From an uncultured virus (IMG/VR IMGVR_UViG_3300017749_000003) (taxonomy: Duplodnaviria > Heunggongvirae > Uroviricota > Caudoviricetes), in the IMG/VR virus record IMGVR_UViG_3300017749_000003: a stretch of DNA of 64,000 nucleotides; one strand, 5' to 3'. The translations under genes were made by a program, and so were the position numbers. The notes beneath the pieces are model-generated. The model did not search any database, had not been told where the DNA came from, and saw only the letters and a list, made by a program, of their open reading frames with translations. Shown here piece after piece: positions 6,784-20,200 of this stretch; position 1 is the first letter of the stretch, and each line of letters opens with the position of its first letter.

Positions 6784-7970
6784 AAATTGCAATTATAGGC
6801 AAAGGTACTTCTGCGATTATTACTGCTCTACGTCTGATACAAGATGATCATGACGTAGAGTTTTTTTATGATCCAGACATTAAACCTTTAAGTGTTGGAG
6901 AATCAACAACACCACATATCCAGGCACTCATCTTAGAGACACTGGACATTAGTATCGGAGATCTTGCCGATGCAGGTATTGTGTCATATAAGAATGGTAT
7001 TAAGTATATTGATTGGGGTGCTGGCAATTCATTCAGACATCACTTCCATGGTGGTGAGGTTGCTTTCCATTTTGAGAGTGGGATATTAAATCCATTCATT
7101 CACAATCACTTAGAGAAAGAACTTGGAATTGTTTATCATCCAGAGAGAGTTGATGGATATGACTTTGAGGATGAACAAGTTATTATTAATGATAAAGAGT
7201 ATGACTTCGTAGTCAACTGTGCGGGGTGGGATGATGAGTCCGAATATTATAAACCGATCTTTGAGACGGTCAATGCGGCAATCTTGTATACCTCTGATAC
7301 TATTGATGACGTAACTTATACTCTTCACCGCGCTTCTCGTGATGGATGGGAATTTGGACTTCCGTTTCCCGATCGAGGTATTACGAAGCACGGATACCTC
7401 TACAACCGTAACCTCTCGGATCCTGAGATAGAAGGGAAGAAGATTTCATGGACTCCTAGATTCTCTAAGAAACTCTTACAAAATCGATTTGAAGCATATA
7501 ATGGTAATCGTTTATTCTTTCTTGAACCATTAGAAGCATTGTCTCTGATGTATTATCATGACTTTGCATCATCGATTGCAGAATTCCTAAAAGGTAATCG
7601 TGATCTTCAATCTTATCAGGATACAAATAATTATTATCTCAGAAATTTAACATCATATAGTACATCATTATCATGGTATTACTCTTATGGATCAACTTAT
7701 GATTCACCATTCTGGAAATTAACTCAAGCACGTGCTTCTGTTTATTTTAATTCACAATGTTTCTCAAATCGTATTGATTCTTTACTTGAGAAGTATTATG
7801 CAGCAAAAAATTTACAAGATGAAGAAGAAGTTCTTAAGATAGGTTGTTTTGGTTATCATGACTTCAAGGATGTTCATTGTGGAATGACCCAGAGACCCAT
7901 CCAGAAGGTCCTAGAAGATGTCTTTGATTACCCATTAGACCCTTTACATATCCAAGATGATACTGTATAA
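6780..7970 (+). CDS. tryptophan halogenase-like flavin-dependent enzyme (PrnA family, divergent)
   Basis: Rossmann start KIAIIGKGTSA, VGESTTP, KNGIKYIDW, GWEFGLP, GYLY, FLEPLEA. Confidence 0.75.
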   Translation: MKIAIIGKGTSAIITALRLIQDDHDVEFFYDPDIKPLSVGESTTPHIQALILETLDISIGDLADAGIVSYKNGIKYIDWGAGNSFRHHFHGGEVAFHFESGILNPFIHNHLEKELGIVYHPERVDGYDFEDEQVIINDKEYDFVVNCAGWDDESEYYKPIFETVNAAILYTSDTIDDVTYTLHRASRDGWEFGLPFPDRGITKHGYLYNRNLSDPEIEGKKISWTPRFSKKLLQNRFEAYNGNRLFFLEPLEALSLMYYHDFASSIAEFLKGNRDLQSYQDTNNYYLRNLTSYSTSLSWYYSYGSTYDSPFWKLTQARASVYFNSQCFSNRIDSLLEKYYAAKNLQDEEEVLKIGCFGYHDFKDVHCGMTQRPIQKVLEDVFDYPLDPLHIQDDTV

Positions 7971-7971
7971 T
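7943..7971 (+). promoter_or_regulatory. sigma70-type promoter
   Basis: TTTACA (7943-7948), 17 bp, TATAAT (7966-7971). Confidence 0.7.
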
Positions 7972-7996
7972 ATAAGGGTCTAATCAACGGAGTTCA

Positions 7997-8149
7997 ATGG
8001 CAGTACGTTCAAAGGTCGGTCTATCAGGTGTCAACTTTATTCCTGGAAACCCCAAGAAAACTCGTCAAGGTGCGAGTCAGCACACTAAACTTTCGGCAAG
8101 TTCACGTAATGGTCGTAAGAAGCGTTATCGTGGTCAAGGTCGAGGTTAA
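7997..8149 (+). CDS. small very basic protein (50 aa, ...PKKTRQG...RKKRYRGQGRG)
   Basis: Read by eye; GGAG Shine-Dalgarno; behind promoter. Confidence 0.8.
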   Translation: MAVRSKVGLSGVNFIPGNPKKTRQGASQHTKLSASSRNGRKKRYRGQGRG

Positions 8150-8173
8150 ATAGAGCAGTCTTAACTGTTCTTA

Positions 8174-8848
8174 ATGGCAGCACTTATATGTAATCTTCCA
8201 TCAACGGAAGTATGGGTTAGAAAAGAATATCTCACAGACCATCAATTTGGTCATGGTGAGTTTGTTAAGGGCGTTTGGGTATCGGCAAAGTCGATTCCTG
8301 GACGTGCTTTTTATTTTGAGACATATTTACCAGAATATGCGGCAATGTATGATAAATTACCGATCAGTGCCTTTCTATCGGAACCAAAAACTCCAGATCC
8401 TGACATGAATCTTCCAAATCTTCAATTTTGGAACTGTATGGACTATGGAGTAGTAGCAGTTCAGAAGCAATTTATCGGTTCTATGGACTATGAACTGTAT
8501 ACAAGAGACTTTGGTATCCAAAAAGGGACTTATGTTTGCACTTTAGACAACTATCATCAAGATCCCGACATAGTTGACTATGCAACGAGTGAAAATCCTG
8601 CTGAACATAAGTCCCATAACCTGATTGAACTTGATAATGGGCAGTATGCACTGTATCCAAACAACAGAATTCGTATTTTTGACAATAGTTTGACTCCTGA
8701 AGAACCAAAAATGCCTGATTTTAAGGTGTCAACGGAATATTATAGTGTTGAAAATGGTTTTGAACGTCTAGGCATGGGTCGTGAGGATGAATATTTTTGG
8801 AAGACAGCAAAGGAAAGGGAAAATTTACCTGATATAGATGCTAAATAG
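8174..8848 (+). CDS. conserved cyanomyovirus hypothetical protein
   Basis: 224 aa ORF (VWVRKEYL, YDKLPISAF, LYPNNR); TAAATA at 8147-8152. Confidence 0.85.
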   Translation: MAALICNLPSTEVWVRKEYLTDHQFGHGEFVKGVWVSAKSIPGRAFYFETYLPEYAAMYDKLPISAFLSEPKTPDPDMNLPNLQFWNCMDYGVVAVQKQFIGSMDYELYTRDFGIQKGTYVCTLDNYHQDPDIVDYATSENPAEHKSHNLIELDNGQYALYPNNRIRIFDNSLTPEEPKMPDFKVSTEYYSVENGFERLGMGREDEYFWKTAKERENLPDIDAK

Positions 8849-8876
8849 GTTGATAATACCTAGTTTACGTGTACTG

Positions 8877-9278
8877 ATGCCGTTAGAAAGGGTAAGTAGA
8901 GGATTTAGAGATCTAAGTTTATCATTTAGTAGAAATCCTCTGACCGACGACCTAATTTCACTAAAAAATGAAGTTGCTATTGCACGATCTGTTCGCAATT
9001 TAGTAATGACATTTACTGGTGAAAGATTTTTTCAACCAAAAGTTGGATCTAGAGTCTCTAGGTTACTTTTTGATAACATGTCACCAATTCTTGCTGATCA
9101 AATTAAAGACGAAATTTCAACTACAATCAAGTTGAATGAACCAAGAGTTGAACTTAATAGTATTAATTGCGTAGCAAATTATGATGGTAATGAATATGAA
9201 GTAACTATTAGGTATACAATTATTGGTCTTGATATTTCTCCACAAGAACTTAATTTCGTACTACAACCAACAAGATAA
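8877..9278 (+). CDS. g25: baseplate wedge subunit gp25 (start probably ATG 8877)
   Basis: FRDLSLSF, GERFFQP, EPRV motifs; CTAAATA late promoter at 8841-8847 favours the 8877 start; precedes g6. Confidence 0.9.
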   Translation: MPLERVSRGFRDLSLSFSRNPLTDDLISLKNEVAIARSVRNLVMTFTGERFFQPKVGSRVSRLLFDNMSPILADQIKDEISTTIKLNEPRVELNSINCVANYDGNEYEVTIRYTIIGLDISPQELNFVLQPTR

Positions 9279-11222
9279 ATGGCAATTACAAACTTTACAA
9301 GTCTAGACTTTGAGCAGGTTAAAGATACTCTCAAATCATATCTACGTTCTAAAAGTACGTTTACTGATTATGATTTTGAAGGATCAACACTATCTGTTAT
9401 TATTGATTTACTTGCCTATAACACATACATTGCAGCATATAATGCAAATATGCTCAGCAATGAGGTTTTCATTGATAGTGCCACTCTCAGAGAAAATGTA
9501 GTCTCTTTGGCACGAAATGTTGGATATTTGCCGAGACCGAGAACTGCTGCACAGGCAAGAATCAGTTTTTTCATTGATTCTAGTGATTTCCCGTCAAAAC
9601 CTCGTTCAATTACACTAGAAAAAGGAAACATTGCGATTAATTCCAATAATCGTACTACTGAAGGACGTACCTTTTGCACACCAGAAGATATTACAGCAGC
9701 AATTTTTCAGGATAGAGCAACTTTTGATGATATTAAAATATATGAAGGTGTTCTTCTGAGTGAAGAATTTGAAGTAAAGTCTTCAATAGCAAATCAAAGG
9801 TTTATCCTATCAAATATTGGTATTGATTACAGTACAATTAGAGTTAATGTAAAAGATAACTTTACTTCAAATGAAAATATTACCTATAATATGGCAACAT
9901 CAATAACTGAAATTGATGGAACATCAAAAGTATTTTTTATACAAGAAATTGAAGATGAAAAATATGAATTGATCTTTGGTGATGGTGTATTTGGTAATGA
10001 ATTGATTAATGGTAACTATATTACCGTCTCATATATTGTATCAAATGGTGAAGCAGGAAATGGGGCATCTACATTCAAGATAAATGGAAACTTTTATGAT
10101 AATAATGGTAACTTAATTTCCAGAAATATTTCTGATGCAGTTCTAATACAATCTGCTAAGGGTGGATCTAGTATTGAATCTGCACAATCTATTAAAAATT
10201 ATGCAACTAGGTACTATTCATCTCAAGGAAGAGCAGTAACCGCAAGAGATTATGAAACTATTGTAAGGAGTGTCTATCCTGAGACTGATTCTATTAATGC
10301 TTTTGGTGGAGAAGAACTCAATCCACCAAGATTTGGAAAAGTTTATATTACAATTAAACCAAAAACTGGACTATTCCTATCAAACAGTTTGAAGGATAGT
10401 ATTAAGAAGGAACTTAGACAATACTCTGTTGCAGGAATTGTTCCTGAAATTTTAGATACAAAATTCTTATATGTTGAAGCAGATGTTTCTGCATATTACA
10501 ATCCATCTCTATCAAGGGATTCTAAGTCAGTATCTGAAAATATAATCAATTCATTAACATCATTTGCTGATGGTGAAGAAATGAATATGTATGGTTCTAG
10601 ATTTAGATATACTAAATTTACTACCCTAATTGATAGTTCCGACAAAGCCATTACTTCAAATATTACAGAAGTAAGGATTCGTAGAGATATGAGATCAATT
10701 GTAAATAGATTGGCAGAGTATGAAGTTTGTTTTGGAAATTCATTTAAAATTCTGAGATCAGAGGGATATAATATTAAGTCAAGTGGTTTTAAGGTAAGTG
10801 GTATTAGTAAAACCGTTTATCTTTCAGATATCCCAGGAAATGGTGGAATGGGTGAGTTGGTTCTAATTACTGTTCCCGAGTTAATTACTACAGAATATGG
10901 ATCTCAAGAACAAGAAAGAACTTCTGCAGAGATTGTAAGAAGAAGAATTGGAACTGTAGATTATGCCAAAGGTGAAATTAATATTAGTGCGATAAATATA
11001 ACATCGACTGAAATTGAAAAAAATCAAGCAGTACAGATATCTGCAGTTCCAAGATCAAATGATATCATTGGACTTCAAGATCTCTTCCTACAATTTGATA
11101 CTGGCGAATCTAACATAAATGTTATCGAAGATAATATTTTATCTGGTGCTGATCCCACTGGAAGTAGATTTATTACTACACCATCAAATTACGATAACAA
11201 CGTCATCCGACCAAGATTCTAA
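9279..11222 (+). CDS. g6: baseplate wedge subunit gp6
   Basis: LDFEQVK, FTDYDFEGS, LAYNTY, FGDGVFG, RAVTARDY motifs. Confidence 0.95.
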   Translation: MAITNFTSLDFEQVKDTLKSYLRSKSTFTDYDFEGSTLSVIIDLLAYNTYIAAYNANMLSNEVFIDSATLRENVVSLARNVGYLPRPRTAAQARISFFIDSSDFPSKPRSITLEKGNIAINSNNRTTEGRTFCTPEDITAAIFQDRATFDDIKIYEGVLLSEEFEVKSSIANQRFILSNIGIDYSTIRVNVKDNFTSNENITYNMATSITEIDGTSKVFFIQEIEDEKYELIFGDGVFGNELINGNYITVSYIVSNGEAGNGASTFKINGNFYDNNGNLISRNISDAVLIQSAKGGSSIESAQSIKNYATRYYSSQGRAVTARDYETIVRSVYPETDSINAFGGEELNPPRFGKVYITIKPKTGLFLSNSLKDSIKKELRQYSVAGIVPEILDTKFLYVEADVSAYYNPSLSRDSKSVSENIINSLTSFADGEEMNMYGSRFRYTKFTTLIDSSDKAITSNITEVRIRRDMRSIVNRLAEYEVCFGNSFKILRSEGYNIKSSGFKVSGISKTVYLSDIPGNGGMGELVLITVPELITTEYGSQEQERTSAEIVRRRIGTVDYAKGEINISAINITSTEIEKNQAVQISAVPRSNDIIGLQDLFLQFDTGESNINVIEDNILSGADPTGSRFITTPSNYDNNVIRPRF

Positions 11223-11233
11223 TTAAACATAAA

Positions 11234-14200
11234 ATGAATATAAGAAGAATTCGTCTATCTCAGGTCCTGGAAAGTCAGATTCCAGATTTTATAAATGATG
11301 AATTTCCGATATTTAAGGATTTTCTAAGACAATATCTAGAGTCTAATGAAATTCCAGGAGCGGCATATGACTTAATGTCTAATATCGACCAATATGTCGA
11401 TTTAGATAACATCTTACTGTCGCCAAAAAGCACACGATTAACAATAGAAGACCCAGATAATTTGGGAGTTGATAAATTAGATTATGAAGACAATACAATT
11501 ACTGTACGAAGTACAGAAGGATTCCCATATGCATATGGATTGTTAAGAATTGGTGCGGAATTTGATGGTTTAGAATATACTGGTGGTGAAATCGTAACAT
11601 ATGAATCAAAAACAGATACCCAATTTAAAGGTGTTGTCCGTGGATTTAGTGGTGTAACCAAACTTGGTGATGAAATTGTATTCAAGTCTACAAGTAAACA
11701 GGAACACTTTGATGGTGCATTAGTTGAGAATTTAAGTTCATTACTATTCAATGAGTTCTTTAGTAAATTAAAAACTCTTATTGCCCCAGGATTTGAAGAT
11801 AGAATCTTAAACTATGATGTAAATGAAAGACTATTCTATAAGCAAGTTGGTGATTTCTATAGATCTAAAGGAACTAGTAAAGCATTTAAGATTCTATTCA
11901 GAGCATTATATAATAGACCAGTTGATGTCATCTCACCATCAGAATATGTTTTTGAACCTAGTGCTTCCTCCAATAGAAAAACTAGAGATTTAGTCCTATA
12001 CTCTTCAGATCAAACGATAGATTATAGTGAGGATCTTTTACATAGAACTCTGAAGCAACCAGAATTTGATGCTATTGACGATCCAGATATTATTACCGCA
12101 TATGGAACTATTACTAATGTTGAGAGAATTGAAAGAAATGGAGTTAGATATTATCTCGTAAGTCTTGATAGTGATTATGATAAGGATATTAGTGTTGATG
12201 GTACTGTTTTTGGAAAATTTGTAACTACATCAACAACTACGGTTACAGAAGACTATCTTGAAAATAACGGTGAATGGCCAGAATTTGTAAATGTAGACTC
12301 TACAATATCATTTAACCAGTCTGGGACTATTGATGTATATAATATTGCTAATAACGAATTCATAGTAAAACCATTATTTTATGATGATACTACTGTAAAT
12401 GAATTTTATGGTGTATATGATACTGAGTTTGATATTAAAAGAGGAACTTTATTATCTTCTAGAAGATATGCATATGTAGAATTATCAGAAGATAATACGA
12501 TTTATTTTAGAGTTACTCAAGTATTGAGTGGCATTACACCAGATGGAAGTTCATATTTTAATGAAGGAGATCCTATTAAGTTTAATACTTTGGGATTGAG
12601 AGAAGATTCTTCAAAATATAATGATTGGATTTATAATTCAACACCTTCTTATAATATTTCATCTATAGAACTGCTAAGTAATGTCAATAAAACATATCGT
12701 ATTAAGTTGGAATCTAATTTCGATTTAGTTATTTTTGATAAGTTTTTCTTAGACGACAATAGTAACAATTCATATAATATTTCTATATCCTCTAGAAATA
12801 ATACTGATGAATATATCGTTACATCAGATTCTCTTATTGACTTAGCACCTCCAAAAATCTTTACACTAGAAAGAAAATTAAATAAATCAAAATTTAGATT
12901 CTTTCCTAGAGCAAATGATTATGTAACTGATATTCAAAATGTTTATAGACCAGATTCATTTAAAGATGATATGTTCATTGCGGCATCTTCATTGCCAAAT
13001 TATGGTAATGTTGAATTATCTACAAATGACAAGAGAATTACATTTAGTGTAAACATTGCAACTGATTTAACTAACAATAAACAGATTAAAGTTGGTCAGG
13101 ATGCAACAGCAACAATATCTGAGAGGAATCATTCATTCTATACTGGTGATTCAATCATTTATAGTGAAAATAATAGCAGTAATAGGTTAAAAACATTTGA
13201 TGGTGATGGTACTATCATAGACCTACCTAATGGTAGATACTATGTCACAGTCGTTAGTAGTAAGGTTATTAAACTATCAACTAGTTTGAACCGAGTTTAT
13301 ACAAAGGAGTATTTGACAATAGTTGGAAATGTTACCGACACTACTTTCTACTATTCAGATTTCTTCGATATTGAAAAAGTTCTCAATATCAAAAATCCAT
13401 TTATTTTAAAATCAAAGAGGTTGGTAAAAAGAATTTTACCACCAGTCAACGAATCTCAGTCTGTAGAGACTGTCCCTGGTAAAATTGGTATTTTCAAGAA
13501 TGGAGTTGAACTATTAAACTATAAATCTAAAAATAACATTTTTTATGGTGGTATAGAAAAAGTTGAGATTCTCTCTGGTGGTGAAGATTATGATATTATC
13601 AATCCCCCAAGTTTAGAAATTTTCGACGGTGAAAATGCAGATGGAGTTAATAATGGAGGTATTGGTGCTACAGGTAATTTTGTAATACAAGGTTCTGTAA
13701 GGGAACTAAAGATTCTTGATGGTGGGTATAATTATGTCAATGATCCAACAGTAAAAGTATCTGGTGGAAACGGAACTGGATGTGATGTATCTCCAGTGAT
13801 GGAATCATATACTCATGGTATTACCATCGATTCTTCAAGTGGATTTAATGTAGGTATTTCAACTAATACGATTATTTCACTTGAAGATCATTTATTTGTA
13901 CCTGGTGAAAAAGTAATTTATAATTGTGAACTTAACAATCAAGAAATTGGTGGTCTAAAGAATAAAGCAATCTATTATCTTGGTATAGTTGATAATACTT
14001 CTTTCACTCTCCATAATTCTGAAGTTGATGCTAAAAACAATGTTAGAGCTATTGACCTGACTGGTTTTGGTGAAGGTTTTCATAAATTTGATTCTGTCAG
14101 GAAGAAGAAAAGAATCGGATCTTTAAATGTAACCTACTCATCGGATGATTTTACATATAGAAAAGTATCCTATGATGCATCTTTAGTTTCTACACCTATT

Positions 14201-17200
14201 GATTTTTATACAAATAAAATCAATATACCAAATCATGGGTTTAATAGTGGTGAATTAGTTACATACGAATCAACTACTACACCCATTTCTGGTTTGTCTA
14301 GTGGTACAAATTATTATGTTTCCAAAGTAGACAATGATAACTTTAAACTATCATCTATTGGTATCGGAACTCTATCAAAAGATTATTATTATAATCAAGG
14401 AACTTATGCTGAGTTATCCGCATCAGGTGTTGGTAGACAATATTTTAGATATCCAAATATTGAAATAGATATCACACCATCAGGTAATGACCTTGCATCT
14501 ATTCAACCACAAGTTCTTCCTATTGTTAGGGGAGAAATTAAAGACGTATTCCTAGAAGGACATGGTGTTGGATATGGGTGTACAAATATCTTTAACTATG
14601 AGAGACAACCAAATATAACTGCGGAACCAGGAAAATTGGGATCTGTAAGGCCATTTATTATTGATGGTGAAATCAAATCAATTATTATTCAAAATTCTGG
14701 TCAGAAATATGTTTCTACACCAACTATTCAAATTTTCACTGACGGTGATGGATTTGGTGCGGATCTAATCCCAGTTATTAGTGAAGATGGAAGACTTGAA
14801 GATGTCATCGTAAAGAATGGTGGAGCAGACTATAACGATAGTGTGGAAATTGAAGTTGTTGCTGCAGGTAGAGAAGCAAGTTTTAAGGCAAAAGTTATTT
14901 CATGGAATGTTAATGAAGTAGAAAGAGCTCTGAATAGTAATCAAATATATGATGATGATGGATTCCTGTATCAGGACTCTGCAATTTCTACCAGAGCTGC
15001 GAATAGTTATGGATTCTTACAATATGGACACTATTATTCTCCAAGAAAACTAAGACAGAATGTTTATAATAAACGAGTTATAAACGGTAGAACAACTTTC
15101 AATCCCGATCTAATTCTGGATACATTGAACAGAGAAAAAGATTCTACATTACATTCACCCATTTTAGGATGGGCATACGATGGAAATCCATTTTATGGTC
15201 CATATGGATTCGCAAACCCAGATGGGACTGGTGGTGTTAAAAGAATGCAAAGTGGGTACAAAAAGAGAACCCTTGCAAATAGACCATCAGTAACAATATA
15301 TCCTTTAGGATTTTTCTGTAATGATTATGAATGGTTTAGTGATGGAGATCTAGACACTTTCAATGGAAGATTCTGTGTAACACCAGAGTATCCTAATGGT
15401 GTTTATGCATACTTTACTACAATTGGAGTTAATGATTCATCATTCAAAAACTTTAAACTCCCTGTGTATCCATATGTGATTGGTGGAAGATTTAAATCCA
15501 AACCAATTGAGTTTAATTTTGATGCTTCAATAACACAATCCAAGTTCTTTAGTGATGAAACTGAAGAATATAATGATACTTACTCCAAGTATGGTCTTCT
15601 AAGGAATATTACACCACATAACATATCTTCAGAATATGGTCAATACAAATATCTTTTCAACCCAACAAATGTTATTGATATTAAATCGAGAGTAAAATCA
15701 GCATCTTCTGGAATCATAGACGAGTTACTACTATTTTCAGGTGGTAAAGATTATAAGGTTGATGATAGAATCATCTTTAGTGAAAGTGGACCAAACACCA
15801 AGAGACCGATTGCAAAAGTTGTAAGTGTTGGTGGTACTGATGTAAGTCAAGTTTCTGTAGCAACCTCTGAAATTTCAAATGTTGAAGTTATTTTAAGTCC
15901 AAAAACTAATGGTCTTGTTGCAATTTGTAGTGGTCCACACGGAAATTATACTGGTCCAGGAAGAATTTCAAACTTAAGTAATGGAACTGATGCAGGAGCA
16001 GAATTAATAGTAGTAAATAGAGACTTGAAATTATCTGGTTTCGGTACTGGTATCATTATAGACTTGCCATCTGTAACTGGACTGGTTACTTATTTTGGTG
16101 TATTTGGAATTGAATCTACACAAAATGTTATCCCAATTAGACCAAATGATGTATATACTGTAAAATATCAAGATTTTGAAGAAAAAGTCAAGATATTGAA
16201 TATTGATGCTAATAACTCTAGACTTAGAGTTCAGAGACAAGTAAGTGGAACTATCGGAACAAGTTATCCAGTAGGAACTGCATTATCAGAAGATTCAAGA
16301 AACTTTATTGTCAATGATACTGATATTATTCCTGGATCTGTGTCTAATACTCAATATTATTTTGATCCTAGAGAAACAGTCGGTTTAGGTGTTGGTTCTA
16401 CTCTATCAGTACCCAATCCTGGTGCTGGAAGTACTCAGATATTTGTTAAAGGTGATAGAATTTATTTACGTGACAATACTTTATCTGTCAACGACAAAAT
16501 TTACTATGATTATGATGCTGGTCCAATAACAGTAGAATCTTTCGGTGATAACTTTAATCTAGTTAAAGACAGACCATATTATGCATATCCATTTAGTAAT
16601 GGATACATTGGTGTTTCTTCCAGACCAATAGGTATTGGTTCAGATGGACCAGTTGGTCTTGGAAGTGATACTGAACTGTTTACGTTTACTGGACATGGTG
16701 CTGGTGATAACCACAGTTTCTTTACAAGATATGATGATGTACAAAGAGTTGATGTAACAACTTACGAAGCAACTGTAACTACCACCGAAAAGCATAATTT
16801 AGTTTTCGATGATCAAATTAATGTAAATTGTCTTCCAAATATTGAAAAATCATTACCAGTTTTTTATAACCAAGAAAATAAAAAGTTTGCTGTAGGTAAA
16901 TTTGATATTGTACATAATGATATTAATGCGAAGTTTGATACCATTACAATTAACAATCATGGTTTACAAAATAACCAAACAGTTATTTTTGAATCTCCAA
17001 TTCCTCCTGGTGGATTAGAAAATAACGGTGTTTATAAAGTTAGTATTGTAAGTAAAAATATAATCAAACTACTAAAACCAAATAATGGTGGAATTGTAAA
17101 CATTACCAATCAATCCACTGGAAGATTGCTAGTGGTTAATCCACCAATTGAGTTGGTTAAAAATAAAACTCTAACATTTGATGTATCTGATTTCAGTCTT

Positions 17201-20200
17201 TCATATGTAAGAAATAATATTAGATACTCTGCTTTCAAACTCAAATTCTTTACGGATAGAGAACTTAAGCATGAATTCTTATCTTCAGAAAAAACTGGCA
17301 GTTTAAGTGTTGTAGAAACTAATCGATTGGGTATTGATCCTACTGCTACTGTCAAACTAAAGTATGACAGTGAATTCCCCAATAAACTTTTCTATATTCT
17401 AGAACCAATTAAAACTCCCCAAGTTCCAGTTTCATTCTCACTGAATTCTTTAGATTTAGATAATACAAATAGTATTAACTTTGTAAATAGTCCTATTTCT
17501 GGAGATTTTAATGTAAGGAAACCGACAAGTAAGACATTCTCATATCGTCTATTTGATGAACCAGATTCAAATAATTATGTCACTGGACTTGCTACCATAT
17601 CATATGCAACAATTTCATCTACTGCTTCTGGTCCAATTAATGAGGTATCATTTATTTCCAAAGGTTCTAATTTGGTAAAACTGCCTTTGATTGAAAAAGT
17701 AGAGTCTAAGTCTGGTGTTGATTCAATTATATTCCCAAGATCAAATACTATTGGTATTTCCAAAAATATTGAAATTGATGATATTGGATTTGAATTCCCT
17801 TCAGATACTACATTAAGACCTAGAGCATATACACCTACAGTCTATAAGATTGACCCATTAACATCAATCGGAAATATTGATGTTATTGAAAAGGGAACCA
17901 GGTATACAATTTTACCAGATCTAGTTCTTATTGATGGTTATACAAATAAAATTGTTACTGATGTAGACCTACGTTATGTAAATGAAGATGGTTTCAAAGT
18001 TGAGGTTATCAAAAATACTAAGAACTTATATGATGTAGAACCAAGACTACTTCCAATTAATAATAGTAATGGATATAAGATACTAACAATGTCTTATGAT
18101 AGTGGAACTAAAGATGTTGAGGTTGTATTAGATGTTGTTGGATTTAGTACAATTACATCATGGCCATTCACTGTTGGGTCTCAATTTATGGTTGAGGGTG
18201 TAGTAACTAAAGTTCCAGATGTTGACGAAGGATATAATTCTTCAGACTATAACTATAAAAAACTTTTTACCGTAAAAACTTCTGATCCAAATATTGGTGG
18301 TCAAGTACCGTCATTCACCTACAATATGGGTGATTTTGTTCAGACAACTCCTGGACCAGGAATATTTAATGATTTAATCACATCTGGTAGGATTATTCCA
18401 GAAAGTTTGTTCCCAACATTTAAAGTGAACAGGATTGCCAACAAATACTTTGAAAATGAAATTGTTACTAACGGATCTAGTGAAGATATCGTAGTTTCTT
18501 GGGATGTTAAAAATGAACTTCTAAAAGTCTTTACAAGTTTCCCAGAAAGATATAATGTTGGTGATATTATGAGAGGAAAAACCTCTGCATCTAGTGGAAC
18601 TTTAACCGAAGTTGTTGGTATTACTTCACTTACATATCAACTCGATTCTTCAAATGCTGACAGATACAAACCCTACGATAGAAAAGGTTTCTTGAATGAA
18701 GATACACAAAGACTTCATGATAGTGACTATTATCAGTATTTCTCCTATTCACTAAAATCAGAAGTGGGAATTAGTAGTTGGAGAGAACCAGTAGAATCTC
18801 TAGCACATCCTGCTGGATTTAAGAAGTTTGCCGAACTACAAGTAATTTCTGATAGTGACGATCAACTTGGCATCAATAGCATTGGAGTACCTAAAGATCA
18901 GAATAACAGTGGTTTCTTAGGAATTTCAGATTTCGATTCTTATTATGATCTAAATTGTGTCCATGATATTGATCTAGTAACAGAAAATAACGTTCTCAAC
19001 AAATTGTCAGACGAAATTAGATTTAATTCACTAATCCTGACTGATTATTTTGAGTCTATTGGAAATAGAGTTCTTATTGTCGATGATGTAAGTGATGAGT
19101 TTAACAGCAATCCAAGACCAACTGCTTTCGTAACAGTAGATACTTTTAGTTTGAGAAAGTTCAGATCTAAGAAGTATGTAATGTTTACTTCTAACAAGAA
19201 GTTCCCAGGTGAAAGGCAAATGATTATTGTGAACGTTATTCACAATAATACTTATGGATTCTTATCACAATATGGTAGGGTTGAAACTAATATTATTCAC
19301 GGATACTTTGATATCGGTGTATTTGAAGAGAATGGATTACTTCTATTCTATCCAATTGAGTCTAGATTTACTGATTATAATATTAGTGGATTCCAATATG
19401 CAATTGCAGATAGTATTAGTGGAGTTTCAACTCATTATATTGGTGATAGTGATTCTATTGGACTTGCAGGAATTCACACTGCAGCACTACCTGAAGGAAC
19501 GTCAACTTCTACAAAGATTGTAGGTATTGATTCCTCATATACATCTTCCAAGCTCCTAGTAACCTTAGAAAGTTCTGATTTACAATATTATCAGTATGAT
19601 GAATTTAATATTGTTCATGATGGTACAGACATCCACAATATCGAATTCTCAACATTAGCAACAGATAATATTGGTAATCAAGATGTTTCTCTTGGCATTG
19701 GAACATATCAGTTTGAATATAATGGAAATGAAATCGAAGTTAAATTGACACCTAATAGTGGATTGTCAACTGATTATGCCGTTTCTACTAATGTCGTATC
19801 AATTTCAAATACATCCAGAACTGCAATTGGTTCCAGTATATTCAATACAGTATTGACAACTGTCGGATTTGGATCAACTACATCCATTTCACCATTTGCT
19901 GGAATTAATACTTCCATTCAGTTACTTGAGTTCGACACAGCATATAAAGGATTTAATGCTTATGTGAGTATTGAGGATATGACTAATAATATTGTTCAGA
20001 TGTCTGAACTTGTCTTTACTCATAATGAAACTGATGCTTATATTACAGAATTTGGTAGAGTGAGTAATCGTGGATTATTTGAAGATGTTGGTCTAGGTAC
20101 ATTTACTACTTATGTAACATCTGGAAAAGCAAGATTGGAATTTGTACCATATCCAGCAGATCCTGGATTTACTAGGGAAATTGAAGTTCGTGTATTTACA

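Noticed and set aside
8838..8876. ORF-track N-terminal extension of gp25
   Set aside because: Overlaps the late promoter CTAAATA (8841-8847); ATG 8877 gives a typical N-terminus
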